Shown piece by piece: positions 6,115 to 6,822 of a stretch of DNA of 6,822 nt. The DNA is taken from the NCBI RefSeq assembly GCF_006345805.1, contig NW_021829180.1, positions 1 to 6,822 on the forward strand. Reading direction: 5' to 3'. The notes below the pieces were generated by a model. It ran no database searches. It was not told the origin of the DNA and was given only the letters and a program-made list of their open reading frames with translations. The position numbers were made by a program, and so were the translations under genes. Every line of letters starts with the position of its first letter. The first letter of the stretch is position 1. This DNA is from Octopus sinensis. Lineage: Eukaryota.

Positions 6115-6524
6115 TCCTTCTCCCTTCATCCCCCTCCCTCTCTCTTTGTCTTTCATTGTATTTCTTTCTCTTTCTCTTTCTCTCCCTCTCTCTCACTTCT
6201 CTCTCTCTCTCTCTCTCTTTCTATCTCAGTGTATTTCTCTCTGCTTTAACCCTTCTCTCTCTCTCTTTCACTCTTTCTCTGTTCCTCTCGTTTTCATTCT
6301 AACTATTTATCTCTCTGTATCTCTGACTTTGCTTCTCTTCTCTCTCTCACTCCCAATTACCATTTCTCAGTCTCAATCTCTTTCACTCCTTCTCTCTCTC
6401 TCTCTCTCTCTCTATCTCGTTCTTTTTCTGTTTTTCTTTCTACATCTTTGCCTCTGTATCTCACTGCCCTTACCTCCTTTTTTCTTTATCTCTTTCACAC
6501 ACTACCTCTGCCTTTCTCTGATCC

Positions 6525-6568
<44 letters not shown>

Positions 6569-6644
6569 GCTATGTCTCTCTCTATCTCTCTATTGCTCTA
6601 TCTATCTCCCCCCTCTCTCTCTCTCTATATATATATATATCTCC

Positions 6645-6690
<46 letters not shown>

Positions 6691-6822
6691 ATCTATCTTT
6701 CTATCTATCTAACTATCTATCTTTCTATCTATCTATCTATCTATCTTTCTATCTATCTTTCTATCTATCTAACTATCTATCTATCTATATATATATATCC
6801 CTCTCTCTCTCTCTATGTATCT
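6115..6822. repeat. Polypyrimidine / (CT)n / (TCTA)n / (TA)n compound microsatellite region
   Basis: (CT)n runs from ~6195, (TCTA)11 at 6525-6568, and further TCTA arrays to the window end. Confidence 0.96.

Noticed and set aside
6046-6712. ORFs of 67 and 188 aa rich in Leu/Ser
   Set aside because: They are artefacts of CT and CTAT microsatellites.
1-6822. CRISPR array or other prokaryotic system
   Set aside because: There are no regularly spaced repeats with unique spacers and no operon-like ORFs. The content is typical of animal repetitive DNA.

Overview
This is AT-rich, repeat-saturated eukaryotic non-coding DNA with no supportable host gene; the SINE sequence suggests, from recall only, an octopus/cephalopod. 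The window is a nested pile of mobile-element relics. It holds a 5'-truncated Penelope-like element (PLE, ~4657-5405, +) with a GIY-YIG/CxCx5Cx5C signature and an inverted copy of its 3' end directly upstream (4488-4656). Two more diverged PLE fragments lie on the minus strand (~953-1110 and ~3493-3665). There are also two tRNA-derived SINE copies, a mariner transposase relic split by a dispersed repeat, and many microsatellites. The least expected signal is a set of short non-coding modules between (TA)n tracts that carry minimal type I hammerhead-ribozyme folds with palindromic stem III. One has a compensatory U3-A8 core (1892-1933, -), one has a single A6U change (2887-2922, -), and several are decayed. 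They sit among at least five inverted duplications, including a 91-bp near-perfect hairpin (1389-1580). All folds and alignments were done by eye; ribozyme activity, family membership and taxon are untested.
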